Below the pieces are notes generated by a model that was given only the letters and a program-made list of their open reading frames with translations, did not search any database and was not told the origin of the DNA. Shown one piece after another: positions 18,224-26,558 of a stretch of DNA of 64,000 bases. The position numbers were made by a program, and so were the translations under genes. Every line of letters starts with the position of its first letter. The first letter of the stretch is position 1. The stretch comes from an uncultured Chloroflexia bacterium (GTDB taxonomy: Bacteria; Chloroflexota; Limnocylindria; Limnocylindrales; CSP1-4). The stretch covers positions 122,875-186,874 of the forward strand of contig CAWJDE010000002.1 of NCBI GenBank assembly GCA_963841545.1, given 5' to 3'.

Positions 18224-19267
18224 TCAGCCCTCCGATCGCGATGGATGGGCGGGGGCGGCGGCCGCCGCTCCCGGCTTCGATTCGAGCGCCCGCAGCACGG
18301 CCTCGGGCGTGATGGGCAGCTCGTCCATCCGCACCCCGATCGCGTCGTGGATGGCGTTGACGATCGCGGGGATGGGTGAGTTGGCGGTCATCTCGCCCAC
18401 GCCCTTGACCCCGTACGGGCCGTTCGACGACGGGATCTCGAGCACCACGCTCTCGATCTCGGGCAGGTCGGCCGGCCCGGGCATGAGGTAGGTGCTGAAG
18501 TCGCGCGCCGCGTGATCGGGGCTGGGATAGTAGGGCTGGGTGGTCTCGTACAGGGCGTGGGACATGCCCATGACCGCGCCACCCACGATCTGGCCCTCGA
18601 CCAGCGCGGGGTTGACCTGGCGGCCGACCTCGTACGCGCTCCGGATGGCGAGCACGGTGACCTGGCCGGTCCCGGTATCGACCTCGACGTCGGCGACGGT
18701 GCACGCGTGGGCCTCGGTCGAGTCCGGATCCATGGCCCCGGTCTCGGGATCGACCTCGCTCTTGGGCTTCATCCACATGCCACGTCCGGCGATCCCGCGA
18801 CCGTGCTTGAAGTGCGCGGCGAGCGCGAGGTCGGACACGCTGATCGAGCGATGCGGGCTGCCCACGACACGGATGAAGCCATCGCCGGTGGTCTCCAGGT
18901 CGGACGCGTTGGCCTCGAGCTCGTCGGCGGCGATCGCGAGCATCGCGTCACGCGCCTCGGTGGCCGCCGCGATCACGGCGTTGCCCACCCGGTGGGTGGC
19001 GCGGCTGGCGAAGGTGCCCATGTCGTGCGGCCCGGTGTCCGTGTCCGCGGTATCGACGATGATGGTCTCGACCGGCACCCCAAGGGTCTCGGCGGCGATC
19101 TGGCTGATGACCGTCTTGAGCCCCTGGCCCAGGTCGACGGCCGACAGGGTCACCACGAACGAGCCCATCGTCGTCGCGTGCACGAGCGCCTGCGACGGGT
19201 CGCCGCCAAGGTTCATGCCGGTTGGATAGTTGACCGCGGCGATGCCGCGGCCGCGCAGCCTGGCCAT
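18224..19267 (-). CDS. Xanthine-dehydrogenase-family molybdopterin subunit, C-terminal half (NdhM-like 'medium' subunit)
   Basis: DLGQGLKTVISQIAAETLGVP, GTFASRATH, NPALVEGQIVGGAVMGMSHAL, GVKGVGEMT (active-site Glu context). Own ATG 4 nt after the upstream stop, with GGAGGAGG just upstream. Confidence 0.85.
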   Translation of the reverse strand: MARLRGRGIAAVNYPTGMNLGGDPSQALVHATTMGSFVVTLSAVDLGQGLKTVISQIAAETLGVPVETIIVDTADTDTGPHDMGTFASRATHRVGNAVIAAATEARDAMLAIAADELEANASDLETTGDGFIRVVGSPHRSISVSDLALAAHFKHGRGIAGRGMWMKPKSEVDPETGAMDPDSTEAHACTVADVEVDTGTGQVTVLAIRSAYEVGRQVNPALVEGQIVGGAVMGMSHALYETTQPYYPSPDHAARDFSTYLMPGPADLPEIESVVLEIPSSNGPYGVKGVGEMTANSPIPAIVNAIHDAIGVRMDELPITPEAVLRALESKPGAAAAAPAHPSRSEG

Positions 19268-19271
19268 CGTG

Positions 19272-20609
19272 TCAGTCCTCCTCCGGCGTGCGCGGCGCCG
19301 AGGTCATCGCGGCGAGCTCCGGCGCCAGCTCGTGCCCGACGAGGCGGGCCGCGGCCTGCATCGTCTCGATCAGCGTCGCGTCTTCGGCGTGCTTGCGGTG
19401 CGGCCGCAGGTCGCCGTTGTGGTAGGCGTTGCGGAAGCGGACGGTCCACGGGTCGAGGCCGGTCGCCTCGGCGATCCGGTCCATCTGCACCTCGACGGCG
19501 AACGAGCCCATCGTCACGCCGAAGCCGCGCATGGCGCTCGTGGGCTGGCGATTGGTGAACACGCAGTACACGTCGATCGACACGTTGGGGATGGCGTACG
19601 GACCGCCGACGTTGGCCGCGTGCTTGGTCATCGCGTACGGCGTCTGGCGCGCGTAGGCGCCGGCGTCCGCGTAGCTGGTGACCTTGCGGGCGACGATCCG
19701 GCCGTCGCGCATGACGCCGTCCTTGATGTAGATCCGCCACGGGCTGCGGGTGGACGAGGCGCGCATCTCCTCGGCCCGGCTGAAGCGGTAGCGGACCGGG
19801 CGGTTGGTGAGCTGCGCGCCGAGGGCCGCGAGCGGCTCGACGATCACGTCGACCTTGCCGCCGAAGCCGCCACCCACCGTGCCGCCCACGAAGTGCAGCC
19901 GGTTGGCCGGGGTGTTGAGGATGATCGAGGTGTTGTCGAGGCTGAAGTACAGCGCCTGGGTGTTGGTGTAGACGGTGATGCGGCCGTCGGGCTCGGGCCT
20001 GGCGACGCACGCCGTGGTCTCGATGGGCGCATGCTCGATGGGCTTGGAATCGTAGCGGGCCTCGACGATGAGGTCCGCCGCCGCGAACCCCTGTTCGACG
20101 TCGCCCAGGCGGACGCGCCGGCAGTCGTGGCCCTCGTACTTGAAGGTGTTGTCGCCCCAGTGGGTGACGACCGGGGCGTCCGGCTTGAGGGCCTCCTCGA
20201 CGTCGAACACCGCGGGCAGCTCCTCGAGGTCGAGGCGAACCTTCGAGGCCGCCTCGATCGCCGCCGTCTCCGTCTCGGCGAGGATCGCGATGATCGGCTC
20301 ACCGAGGTAGCGGACGCGATCGACGGCGAGCACGAACTCCTCCTCGGGCTCGACGCCGATGAGCGTCAGGATCGTGTACAGGTTGTGCGGGACGTCGAGA
20401 TGCGTCAGCGCCCGGACGAACCCCGGCACCGCCTCGGCGCCGCTCAGGTCGACGCCCCTGATCCGGGCATGGTGGACGGGGCTCCGGACGCACTTGAGGT
20501 GGAGCATGCCGGGGAACGAGAGGTCCGCCGCGTACTGGGTCCGTCCGGTCACGTGCCCCACGCCGTCGCTGCGGGCGATCGACCGGCCGACGCTCCGCAG
20601 GGCGGTCAT
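19272..20609 (-). CDS. Xanthine-dehydrogenase-family molybdopterin subunit, N-terminal half (NdhL-like)
   Basis: Start MTALRSVGRSIARSDGVGHVTGRTQYAADL with [24 protein letters not shown] motif and QPTSAMRGFG. Ends with a genuine stop at 19272. Confidence 0.85.
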   Translation of the reverse strand: MTALRSVGRSIARSDGVGHVTGRTQYAADLSFPGMLHLKCVRSPVHHARIRGVDLSGAEAVPGFVRALTHLDVPHNLYTILTLIGVEPEEEFVLAVDRVRYLGEPIIAILAETETAAIEAASKVRLDLEELPAVFDVEEALKPDAPVVTHWGDNTFKYEGHDCRRVRLGDVEQGFAAADLIVEARYDSKPIEHAPIETTACVARPEPDGRITVYTNTQALYFSLDNTSIILNTPANRLHFVGGTVGGGFGGKVDVIVEPLAALGAQLTNRPVRYRFSRAEEMRASSTRSPWRIYIKDGVMRDGRIVARKVTSYADAGAYARQTPYAMTKHAANVGGPYAIPNVSIDVYCVFTNRQPTSAMRGFGVTMGSFAVEVQMDRIAEATGLDPWTVRFRNAYHNGDLRPHRKHAEDATLIETMQAAARLVGHELAPELAAMTSAPRTPEED

Positions 20610-21142
20610 CGGGAGGCCTCCTCTCCAACAGCCGCGGCGCCGGCGGCCGTGCGCCGGACCTCCGGGCCGGCCGGCGCATCGGGGTTGGCCACCGCCTCGA
20701 TGGCCCGCACGATCGGCGCGTAGCCGGTGCAACGGCAGATGTTGCCGCCCATCGCCTCGACGATCGCGTCGCGGGTCGGGTGCGGGTCGTGCGCGAGCAG
20801 CCCGACGCCGAGCATGATCATGCCCGGCGTGCAGTAGCCGCACTGGGTCGCGAACTGGTCGAGGAACGCCTGCTGGAGCGGATGCAGCCCCTTGGCGGGC
20901 GTGATGGTCTCGACCACGTCCACGCGCCGGCCGGCGACCTCCTCGAGGGGCAGCAGGCACGAAAGCACCGGCTCGCCGTCGAGCAGCACGGTGCAGCTCC
21001 CGCAGCCACCCTGCCGGCAGCCGTCCTTGGTCGCCGTCTGGCCGAGATGCTCGCGCAGCGCGATCTGGAGCGTCGTCAACGGGCGCGCCATGACCTCGAC
21101 CTGCCGGTCACCCAGCCTGAAGCTCACGATGCTCGAGGTCAT
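20606..21142 (-). CDS. [2Fe-2S]-binding small subunit of Mo hydroxylase (CoxS/XdhC-type)
   Basis: Cys clusters CRQGGCGSCTV and QCGYCTPGM...CRCTGY. 4-nt overlaps with both neighbouring genes. Confidence 0.9.
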   Translation of the reverse strand: MTSSIVSFRLGDRQVEVMARPLTTLQIALREHLGQTATKDGCRQGGCGSCTVLLDGEPVLSCLLPLEEVAGRRVDVVETITPAKGLHPLQQAFLDQFATQCGYCTPGMIMLGVGLLAHDPHPTRDAIVEAMGGNICRCTGYAPIVRAIEAVANPDAPAGPEVRRTAAGAAAVGEEASR

Positions 21143-21993
21143 CGGGCGCCTCCTCCCAGCCGGTTCGCGAGGTCGGTCAGGACGCCCTCCACGACGAACC
21201 GGGTCATGCGTCGGCGGTACCAGTCGGTTGCGATGCCGTCGGTCGCGGGGTCCGTGGCGTCCGTGGCGGCCGCTGCCGCGCCCGCGATCGCGTCAGGGCC
21301 GAGGCGGGAGCCGACCAGCGCCCGCTCGGCAGCCCGCGCCCGGAACGGGTGCGGGCCCACGGCGCCCAGGGCAAGCCGGGCGTCGGTGACTCGCGCGTCC
21401 GCATCGACGCGCAACCTGATCGCGACCGTCACGACGGCGGGCGTGCTCGCGTGCCGCCGGCCGAGCTTGCGGAAGGCTGTCTCGCCCGAGGGCGACGGGA
21501 CGTGGATCTCGACCACGAGCTCGTCGGGCCGCAGGGCGGTCGTCATGAACCCGGTGTGGAACCCGTCGAGCGGGACCGCCCGCCGGCCGCCCGGTCCGGC
21601 CAGCACGAGCGTTGCGTCGAGGGCGAGGAGCGCCACCGCGACGTCGCCCGCCGGGGGCGGTGCGAACAGGTTGCCGCCGACCGTGCCCATGTTCCGGATC
21701 GCCCAGCTCCCCGTGGCGCGGGCTGCCTCCGCGAGCAGGGGCAACTCGTCCAGGGCGACGAGCCGCTGGAGGGGACAGGCGGCCCCGATCCGGAACCCGG
21801 CGGCGTCGCGTCGCAGCGCGTCGATGCCCGCCGCGCGCAGGCTCATCACGCGCTCCGGCGAGGCGATTCCGTCGTTGACCAGCGGCATCGCGATGGTTCC
21901 CCCGGCCATCACCAGCAGGTCGGGGCCATGGCTGGCAAGGAGCGCCACCGCCTCGTCGACCGAGGCGGGTCTGAGGTACTCGATCACGCTCAC
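21139..21993 (-). CDS. FAD-binding subunit of Mo hydroxylase (CoxM/XdhB-type)
   Basis: GTG start 7 nt after AGGAGG. VIEYLRPASVDEAVALL, AGGTIAMPL, RNMGTVGGNL. The 118 upstream codons in the track ORF look non-coding. Confidence 0.8.
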   Translation of the reverse strand: MSVIEYLRPASVDEAVALLASHGPDLLVMAGGTIAMPLVNDGIASPERVMSLRAAGIDALRRDAAGFRIGAACPLQRLVALDELPLLAEAARATGSWAIRNMGTVGGNLFAPPPAGDVAVALLALDATLVLAGPGGRRAVPLDGFHTGFMTTALRPDELVVEIHVPSPSGETAFRKLGRRHASTPAVVTVAIRLRVDADARVTDARLALGAVGPHPFRARAAERALVGSRLGPDAIAGAAAAATDATDPATDGIATDWYRRRMTRFVVEGVLTDLANRLGGGAR

Positions 21994-22015
21994 GCTGCCG
22001 CCTCCTGGTTCGGCT

Positions 22016-22636
22016 TCACGCCCGTACTCCCAGCTCGTCGTGGACCGCCCGGCGGGCCAGGTCCTCGGCCAGCCGGTCGAGGCCCTGCTCCAGGACGCCA
22101 CGTGCCAGCCGCTCGACCAGGCTCGAGTCGAGCCAGGCCAGCGGTCCGTCGATGCGGGCATCGGCCACGTAGTCGAGCCGGCATCCCAGCCCGGACGCGG
22201 CGGCAGCCGCGGACGCGGGGTGGGCCCCGGGGACGGCGTCGGGCGTGGCGGCAGACGCGGCGTCGGACGTGGCGTCGGTCCTGGCCTCGGTCGTGGCATC
22301 GGTCGTGGCGGCGGCCCGGGGGACGACGTCGGGCGCCGTGCCCGCATCCGTCAGCTCGAGGGTTGCCTGCCCGGTGATCGTCCCCGGCCGGCCGTCGAGC
22401 CTGCCCTCGAGCCGGCAGGACGCCGGGCGGATCGCGTCCTCGACGCGGACGGAGAGCTCGTAGGTCCCACCGATCGCGGCCAGGCGCAGGGCAAGCCGGG
22501 CCCTGTACTCGGTCGGCGAGCATCGCTCGGCCTGCTCGCAGCCGGGGATGCAGGCGAGCAGGACCGACGGATCGTGGATCGCGTCGAACACGGCGTCGCG
22601 AGGCGCCGCGATCAGCCGGCTGCCGGCGATCCTCAT
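22016..22636 (-). CDS. CoxG-like SRPBCC protein with a low-complexity insertion
   Basis: The N-terminus MRIAGSRLIAAPRDAVFDAIHDPSVLLACIPGCE and the C-terminal GPLAWLDSSLVERLARGV are CoxG-like. An Ala/Thr/Asp-rich insert of about 55 aa lies in the middle. Confidence 0.7.
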   Translation of the reverse strand: MRIAGSRLIAAPRDAVFDAIHDPSVLLACIPGCEQAERCSPTEYRARLALRLAAIGGTYELSVRVEDAIRPASCRLEGRLDGRPGTITGQATLELTDAGTAPDVVPRAAATTDATTEARTDATSDAASAATPDAVPGAHPASAAAAASGLGCRLDYVADARIDGPLAWLDSSLVERLARGVLEQGLDRLAEDLARRAVHDELGVRA

Positions 22637-23451
22637 CGCGCTGCCTCGGCGGGCCCGGCCTCGGCGGGCCCGGCCCCCGCCTGCCCGGCCCCGGCGCTCG
22701 CGCGGGCTCGGTCGCCGGCCGCGACGCCGGCAGCGACGCCGGCATCGTGGTGGAGCACGGCCTCGACGTGGTCGAGGTGCCCGCGCATCGCCCGCTCCCC
22801 CGCATCGGGATCGCGCGCGCGAAGCGCTTCGAGGATGTCTCGATGGTCCTGGACCGCCGTCTCGCGGACGCGGCGGAGGCCGCCGGTCCGCTGGCGACTG
22901 ACCCTGCCCAGGGTGTCGACGATCGTCATGAACTGGGCGAGCATGAAGTTGTCGGCAGCGGCGCAGATCGCGTCGTGGAAGGCGATGTCCAGCTCGCTGA
23001 AGCGGTCCGGGTCGTCCAGCGCGGCACCCAGCTGGTCGAGCAGGTCGCCCAGCCGGTCGAGGTCGGTGTCCGACGCCCGCGCCGCGGCCAACCGCACGTT
23101 GCCCGACTCGACGACGCGGCGCGCCTCGAACACCTTGGTCAGCGCGGTCTCGTCGCTGGAGAACGCGAAGTCCAGGTGCGAGATCAGCTGCCGTGGCTCG
23201 AGCGAGGTCACCCAGGTCCCGGTGCCCTGGCGGATGTCGACGACCTTCATCAGCGACAGGGCACGCAACGCCTCGCGCAGGACCGGGCGGCTCACGCCCA
23301 GCCGGCGGGCCAGCTCGCGCTCGGCGGGCAGCCGGTCGCCGGGCCGAAGCTCCTGCGAGCGGATCAACGTCAGCACCCGGCCGGCGATCTCCTCGGGCAG
23401 GGTGCTGCGTGGCGGAAGCGCCCCGAACCCGTCGGTCGCCACCGGGGTCAT
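22633..23451 (-). CDS. GntR/FadR-family transcriptional regulator
   Basis: Winged HTH LPAERELARRLGVSRPVLREALRALSLMKVVDIRQGTGTWV plus an FCD-like helical C-domain. Start is uncertain (23451 ATG or 23547 GTG). Confidence 0.85.
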   Translation of the reverse strand: MTPVATDGFGALPPRSTLPEEIAGRVLTLIRSQELRPGDRLPAERELARRLGVSRPVLREALRALSLMKVVDIRQGTGTWVTSLEPRQLISHLDFAFSSDETALTKVFEARRVVESGNVRLAAARASDTDLDRLGDLLDQLGAALDDPDRFSELDIAFHDAICAAADNFMLAQFMTIVDTLGRVSRQRTGGLRRVRETAVQDHRDILEALRARDPDAGERAMRGHLDHVEAVLHHDAGVAAGVAAGDRARASAGAGQAGAGPAEAGPAEAAR

Positions 23452-23551
23452 CCGCAGGGGCCCGATGGCGCCATCGCCCAGGCGATCGACCTCGCGCACG
23501 CCGCTCCTGCCCTCCTCAGCGCTCCAGGCTGACCGCCGACCGGTCACGGTG

Positions 23552-23578
23552 TGGTACGCTGGTCAGACCACCATACCA
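23552..23578. promoter_or_regulatory. Candidate GntR/FadR operator in the divergent promoter region
   Basis: TGGTACGCTGGTCAGACCACCATACCA. The core TGGTCAGACCA is a perfect palindrome of the GT-N-AC type, flanked by TGGTA/TACCA arms. Confidence 0.5.
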
Positions 23579-23644
23579 CAGTCGGGAACCAGGGGAGCCG
23601 CGGGTCGTGGCCGCGCGCCGGCCGTGCCCGGGATGGAGAACTCC

Positions 23645-23932
23645 ATGATCGAGCGCCACATCACCTTCACCGTTCCGGCCGCCAACGCCAACGCGTTCGA
23701 GCGGTTCTTCACCGAGCGGTACCGGCCGGCGATGGCGGAGGCCGCGGGCTACGTGCGGGTCGAGCTGCTGCGGGAGATCGACGATCCGGCCCGATACCAG
23801 ATGGCGCTCCGCTTCAGCGACCCCGAGTCGGCCGTCGGATGGCGCACGTCGGACGTCCACCAGGCGCTCCAGCCGGATCTGACCGCGCTCCACGAGGGGA
23901 GCACCGTCGTGGGCTACGACGTCATCGCCTGA
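23645..23932 (+). CDS. Antibiotic-biosynthesis-monooxygenase (ABM/Dabb) domain protein
   Basis: 95 aa, MIERHITFTVPAANANAFERFFTERYRPAM...YQMALRFSDPESAVGWRTSDVH. GGAGAA lies 5 nt upstream. This is only the tail of a 1050-aa shadow ORF. Confidence 0.65.
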   Translation: MIERHITFTVPAANANAFERFFTERYRPAMAEAAGYVRVELLREIDDPARYQMALRFSDPESAVGWRTSDVHQALQPDLTALHEGSTVVGYDVIA

Positions 23933-23942
23933 GTCGACGACG

Positions 23943-24959
23943 GTGACCGGCGTGGTGACCGGACCCGGCGGGACGAGCGAGTCCTATCTCGTCACGGGCG
24001 GCACCGGGTGCATCGGGGCATGGGTGGTCCGCGATCTCGTCCGGCGGTCGATCCCGGTGACCGTCCTGACCGCGCGCCGCCGGCTCGATCGCCTGCGCCT
24101 GATCCTGTCCGACGAGGAGCTCGACCGGGTGACGCTGGTCGAGGGCGACGTCGCGGACACCGACCGGCTCGAGACCGCGGCCGTGGAGTCCGGTGCGAAT
24201 CGCCTGATCCACCTCGCCGGGATGCAGCTCCCCCTGTGCGCGGCCGACCCCCTCGAGGGAGCGCGGGTCAACGTGTCGGGGACGCTCGCCGTGTTCGAGG
24301 TCGCGCGGCGGCTGGGCATCGGTCCGGTCGTCTACGCGAGCAGCGCGGCCGTGTACGGGCCTGCCTCGCGCTACCCGCGAGCCATCGTGGGCGACGACGA
24401 CCCGCTGTTCCCGACCTCGCACTACGGGGTCTACAAGGTCGCCAACGAGCAGAGCGCACGCGTCTGGTGGGCGAACGAGGGTGTGGCGAGCATCGGCCTC
24501 CGGCCCCACTCCGCCTACGGCCCGGGACGCGACCAGGGCGTCACCTCCAAGCCCACCGTGGCCATGATCGCGGCGGCAGCCGGCAGGCCGTACCGGATCG
24601 GGTTCAGCGGTCGCTACCAGTTCCAGTTCGTCGAGGACGTCGCGACCGCGTTCGTCCGCGCCTCGCGGCTGCCCGCCCAGGGCGCCGCGGTGTTCAACAT
24701 CGGCGGGAGCCTGTTCGGGATCGATCAGATCGTCCGGGCGATCGACACCGTCGTGCCCGGCGCCGCGGAGCGAATCACGGTCGCCGAGGCGGTGATGCCG
24801 TTCCCGGCCGGCTTCGACGGCGGCCCGCTCCAGGATGCGATCGGCGAGCTCGCCGAGACCGATCTCGCAGTCGGCGTGCGCCGAACGATCGAGTGCTACC
24901 GGTCCGCCATCGACCGCGGTCTGATCGGCCCGGCGGACCTCGATCGCATCATCGCGTAG
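23943..24959 (+). CDS. NAD-dependent epimerase/dehydratase (extended SDR)
   Basis: Rossmann motif VTGGTGCIGAWVV and catalytic YGVYK context (SHYGVYKVANE). Confidence 0.85.
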   Translation: MTGVVTGPGGTSESYLVTGGTGCIGAWVVRDLVRRSIPVTVLTARRRLDRLRLILSDEELDRVTLVEGDVADTDRLETAAVESGANRLIHLAGMQLPLCAADPLEGARVNVSGTLAVFEVARRLGIGPVVYASSAAVYGPASRYPRAIVGDDDPLFPTSHYGVYKVANEQSARVWWANEGVASIGLRPHSAYGPGRDQGVTSKPTVAMIAAAAGRPYRIGFSGRYQFQFVEDVATAFVRASRLPAQGAAVFNIGGSLFGIDQIVRAIDTVVPGAAERITVAEAVMPFPAGFDGGPLQDAIGELAETDLAVGVRRTIECYRSAIDRGLIGPADLDRIIA

Positions 24960-24992
24960 CCGACAACAGCACACGCGGAGGGCTCAGGCTCG

Positions 24993-26093
24993 ATGGACCA
25001 GCTGTCGCTCCGACCGGCCACCGACGTCAGGTGGGATCTCGTCGCCCTGGGCGAGGTCATGCTGCGGCTCGACCCGGGTGAGGAGCGGATCTCCACGGCG
25101 CGCTCGTTCCGGGCCTGGGAGGGCGGCGGTGAGTACAACGTCGCTCGCGGTCTCGGGCGCTGCTTCGGCCTCCGCACGAGCGTGGTCACCGCGCTCGCCG
25201 AGAACGCCGTCGGCCGGCTGATCGAGGACCTGATGCGCCAGGGGGGCGTCGACCTCTCGCACCTGCGCTGGGTGCCCTACGACGGGGTGGGGCGGACGGT
25301 CCGCAACGGGCTCAACTTCACCGAGCGTGGGTTCGGGGTGCGGGCGGCGCTGGGCGTCTCGGACCGCGGCCACAGCGCGGCGTCGCAGCTGCGCCCGGGC
25401 GACGTCGACTGGGACGCCATCTTCGGCCGGGAGGGCTCCCGCTGGTTCCACACGGGCGGCATCTTCGCGGCGCTGTCCGAGACGACCGCCGAGATGGTCG
25501 GCGAGGCGATGGCGGCGGCGCGACGGCAGGGCACGATCGTGAGCTACGACCTCAACTACCGCCCGTCGCTCTGGCGGGCCGTGGGCGGTCCCGAGCGCGC
25601 CCGGCAGGTCAACCGGCGGCTGGCGCCACTGGTCGACGTGATGTTCGGGAACGAGGAGGACTTCACCGTCGGCCTCGGGTTCGACGTCGACGGCATGGAT
25701 CCGTCCCGCGACCCCCTCGACCCGGCTGCCTACGGCCGGATGATGGCCGAGGTGACCCGGACGTATCCGAACCTCGCGATCGTCGCCACGACCCTCCGGC
25801 GCGCCCTGACGGCATCGCGGAACGACTGGAGCGCGGCGTGCTATGCGGCCGGCGATCTCGCCACGGGCCGGCCCATGGAGGGTCTCGAGATCCTCGACCG
25901 GGTGGGCGGGGGCGACTCGTTCGCCTCCGGCTTCATCTTCGGGTTGCTGGGTGGTCTGCCCCTCGAGCGGGCGCTCGACTACGGCATCGCCCACGGAGCG
26001 CTCGCGATGACCACCCCGGGCGACAGCTCGATGGCGACGCTGGCCGACGTCGAGACGGTCATGCGTCGTGCGGGAGCCCGCGTCGAGCGCTGA
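24993..26093 (+). CDS. PfkB-family sugar kinase (2-keto-3-deoxygluconate-kinase-like)
   Basis: GGGEYNVARGL, DLNYRPSLW, and C-terminal DRVGGGDSFASGFIFGLL (PfkB signature). Confidence 0.85.
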   Translation: MDQLSLRPATDVRWDLVALGEVMLRLDPGEERISTARSFRAWEGGGEYNVARGLGRCFGLRTSVVTALAENAVGRLIEDLMRQGGVDLSHLRWVPYDGVGRTVRNGLNFTERGFGVRAALGVSDRGHSAASQLRPGDVDWDAIFGREGSRWFHTGGIFAALSETTAEMVGEAMAAARRQGTIVSYDLNYRPSLWRAVGGPERARQVNRRLAPLVDVMFGNEEDFTVGLGFDVDGMDPSRDPLDPAAYGRMMAEVTRTYPNLAIVATTLRRALTASRNDWSAACYAAGDLATGRPMEGLEILDRVGGGDSFASGFIFGLLGGLPLERALDYGIAHGALAMTTPGDSSMATLADVETVMRRAGARVER

Positions 26094-26123
26094 GCGCCGG
26101 CCCATCGTGGGCACCCGTCAGGT

Positions 26124-26345
26124 TCAGGCCGCGGACCGTCCGGTACCATCCCGGCGCACGGGCGTGCCGTTGGCGATTGCCGCGGCGTGGCCGATCCGAG
26201 CGAAGGCGAACGCGATCTCGAGCACGAAGGCGAACGGGTTGCTGCGGTCCGCCGCCACCTCGCGCGCGCGTCGGGCCTGGTCTGCCTCCCGGATCCGCTC
26301 GTCCATTCGATCCTGTGCCATCAGCTGCATCTGGTAGCTGTGCAT
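26124..26345 (-). CDS. Small protein A (73 aa), paralog of 32812..33048
   Basis: MHSYQMQLMAQDRMDERIREADQARRAREV... followed by a hydrophobic FAFVLEIAFAFARIG segment. GAGGAAGGGAAGG RBS. The first 18 nt are identical to the paralog. Confidence 0.5.
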   Translation of the reverse strand: MHSYQMQLMAQDRMDERIREADQARRAREVAADRSNPFAFVLEIAFAFARIGHAAAIANGTPVRRDGTGRSAA

Positions 26346-26375
26346 CTCGACCTTCCCTTCCTCGATGGCTGGTAT

Positions 26376-26439
26376 CTGGGTACGGGTCCAGCCTCGGGCT
26401 AACGAGGCCGGTCCCGCATCACGAGAGCTCGCTATTCGG
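26376..26439 (-). promoter_or_regulatory. Conserved 64-nt block upstream of small protein A (copy A)
   Basis: Aligns with 33100..33163: 38/50 identical over the RNA-sense 5' 50 nt with no gaps. Contains four CGAG/CUCG elements. Confidence 0.5.
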
Positions 26440-26558
26440 TGGGCGACGGGCGAGTGGTTGTCGCTCCAGCGCAACGATCCCGATCAGGACGCCGCGTCAT
26501 GGGAGACCTGGGCACCGCCCGAGGTGTCGACGTCCGCCGGGCGGCGCGAGCGCAGGAC

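Noticed and set aside
18224-22636. Carbon monoxide dehydrogenase (coxSML + coxG)
   Set aside because: The Mo subunit lacks the CODH active-site loop (VAYRCSFR) and instead shows xanthine-dehydrogenase-type motifs. The Cox-like names describe only subunit families.
20780-23932. 1050-aa ORF on the plus strand
   Set aside because: Its translation is Arg/Ala/Pro/Ser-rich with no motifs. It runs antisense to five well-supported minus-strand genes (2Fe-2S, FAD, CoxG, GntR). Only its last 95 codons (23645..23932, an ABM-domain protein) look real. This is a typical high-GC shadow ORF.
26376-26439. Guanidine-III (ykkC-III) or other known riboswitch
   Set aside because: It shares only a short CCGUACCC-like string with what I remember of the ykkC-III consensus. 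The rest (the ACGR or CAGGACAA features) is absent, and the downstream gene is not a transporter. I recognised no match to any named class.
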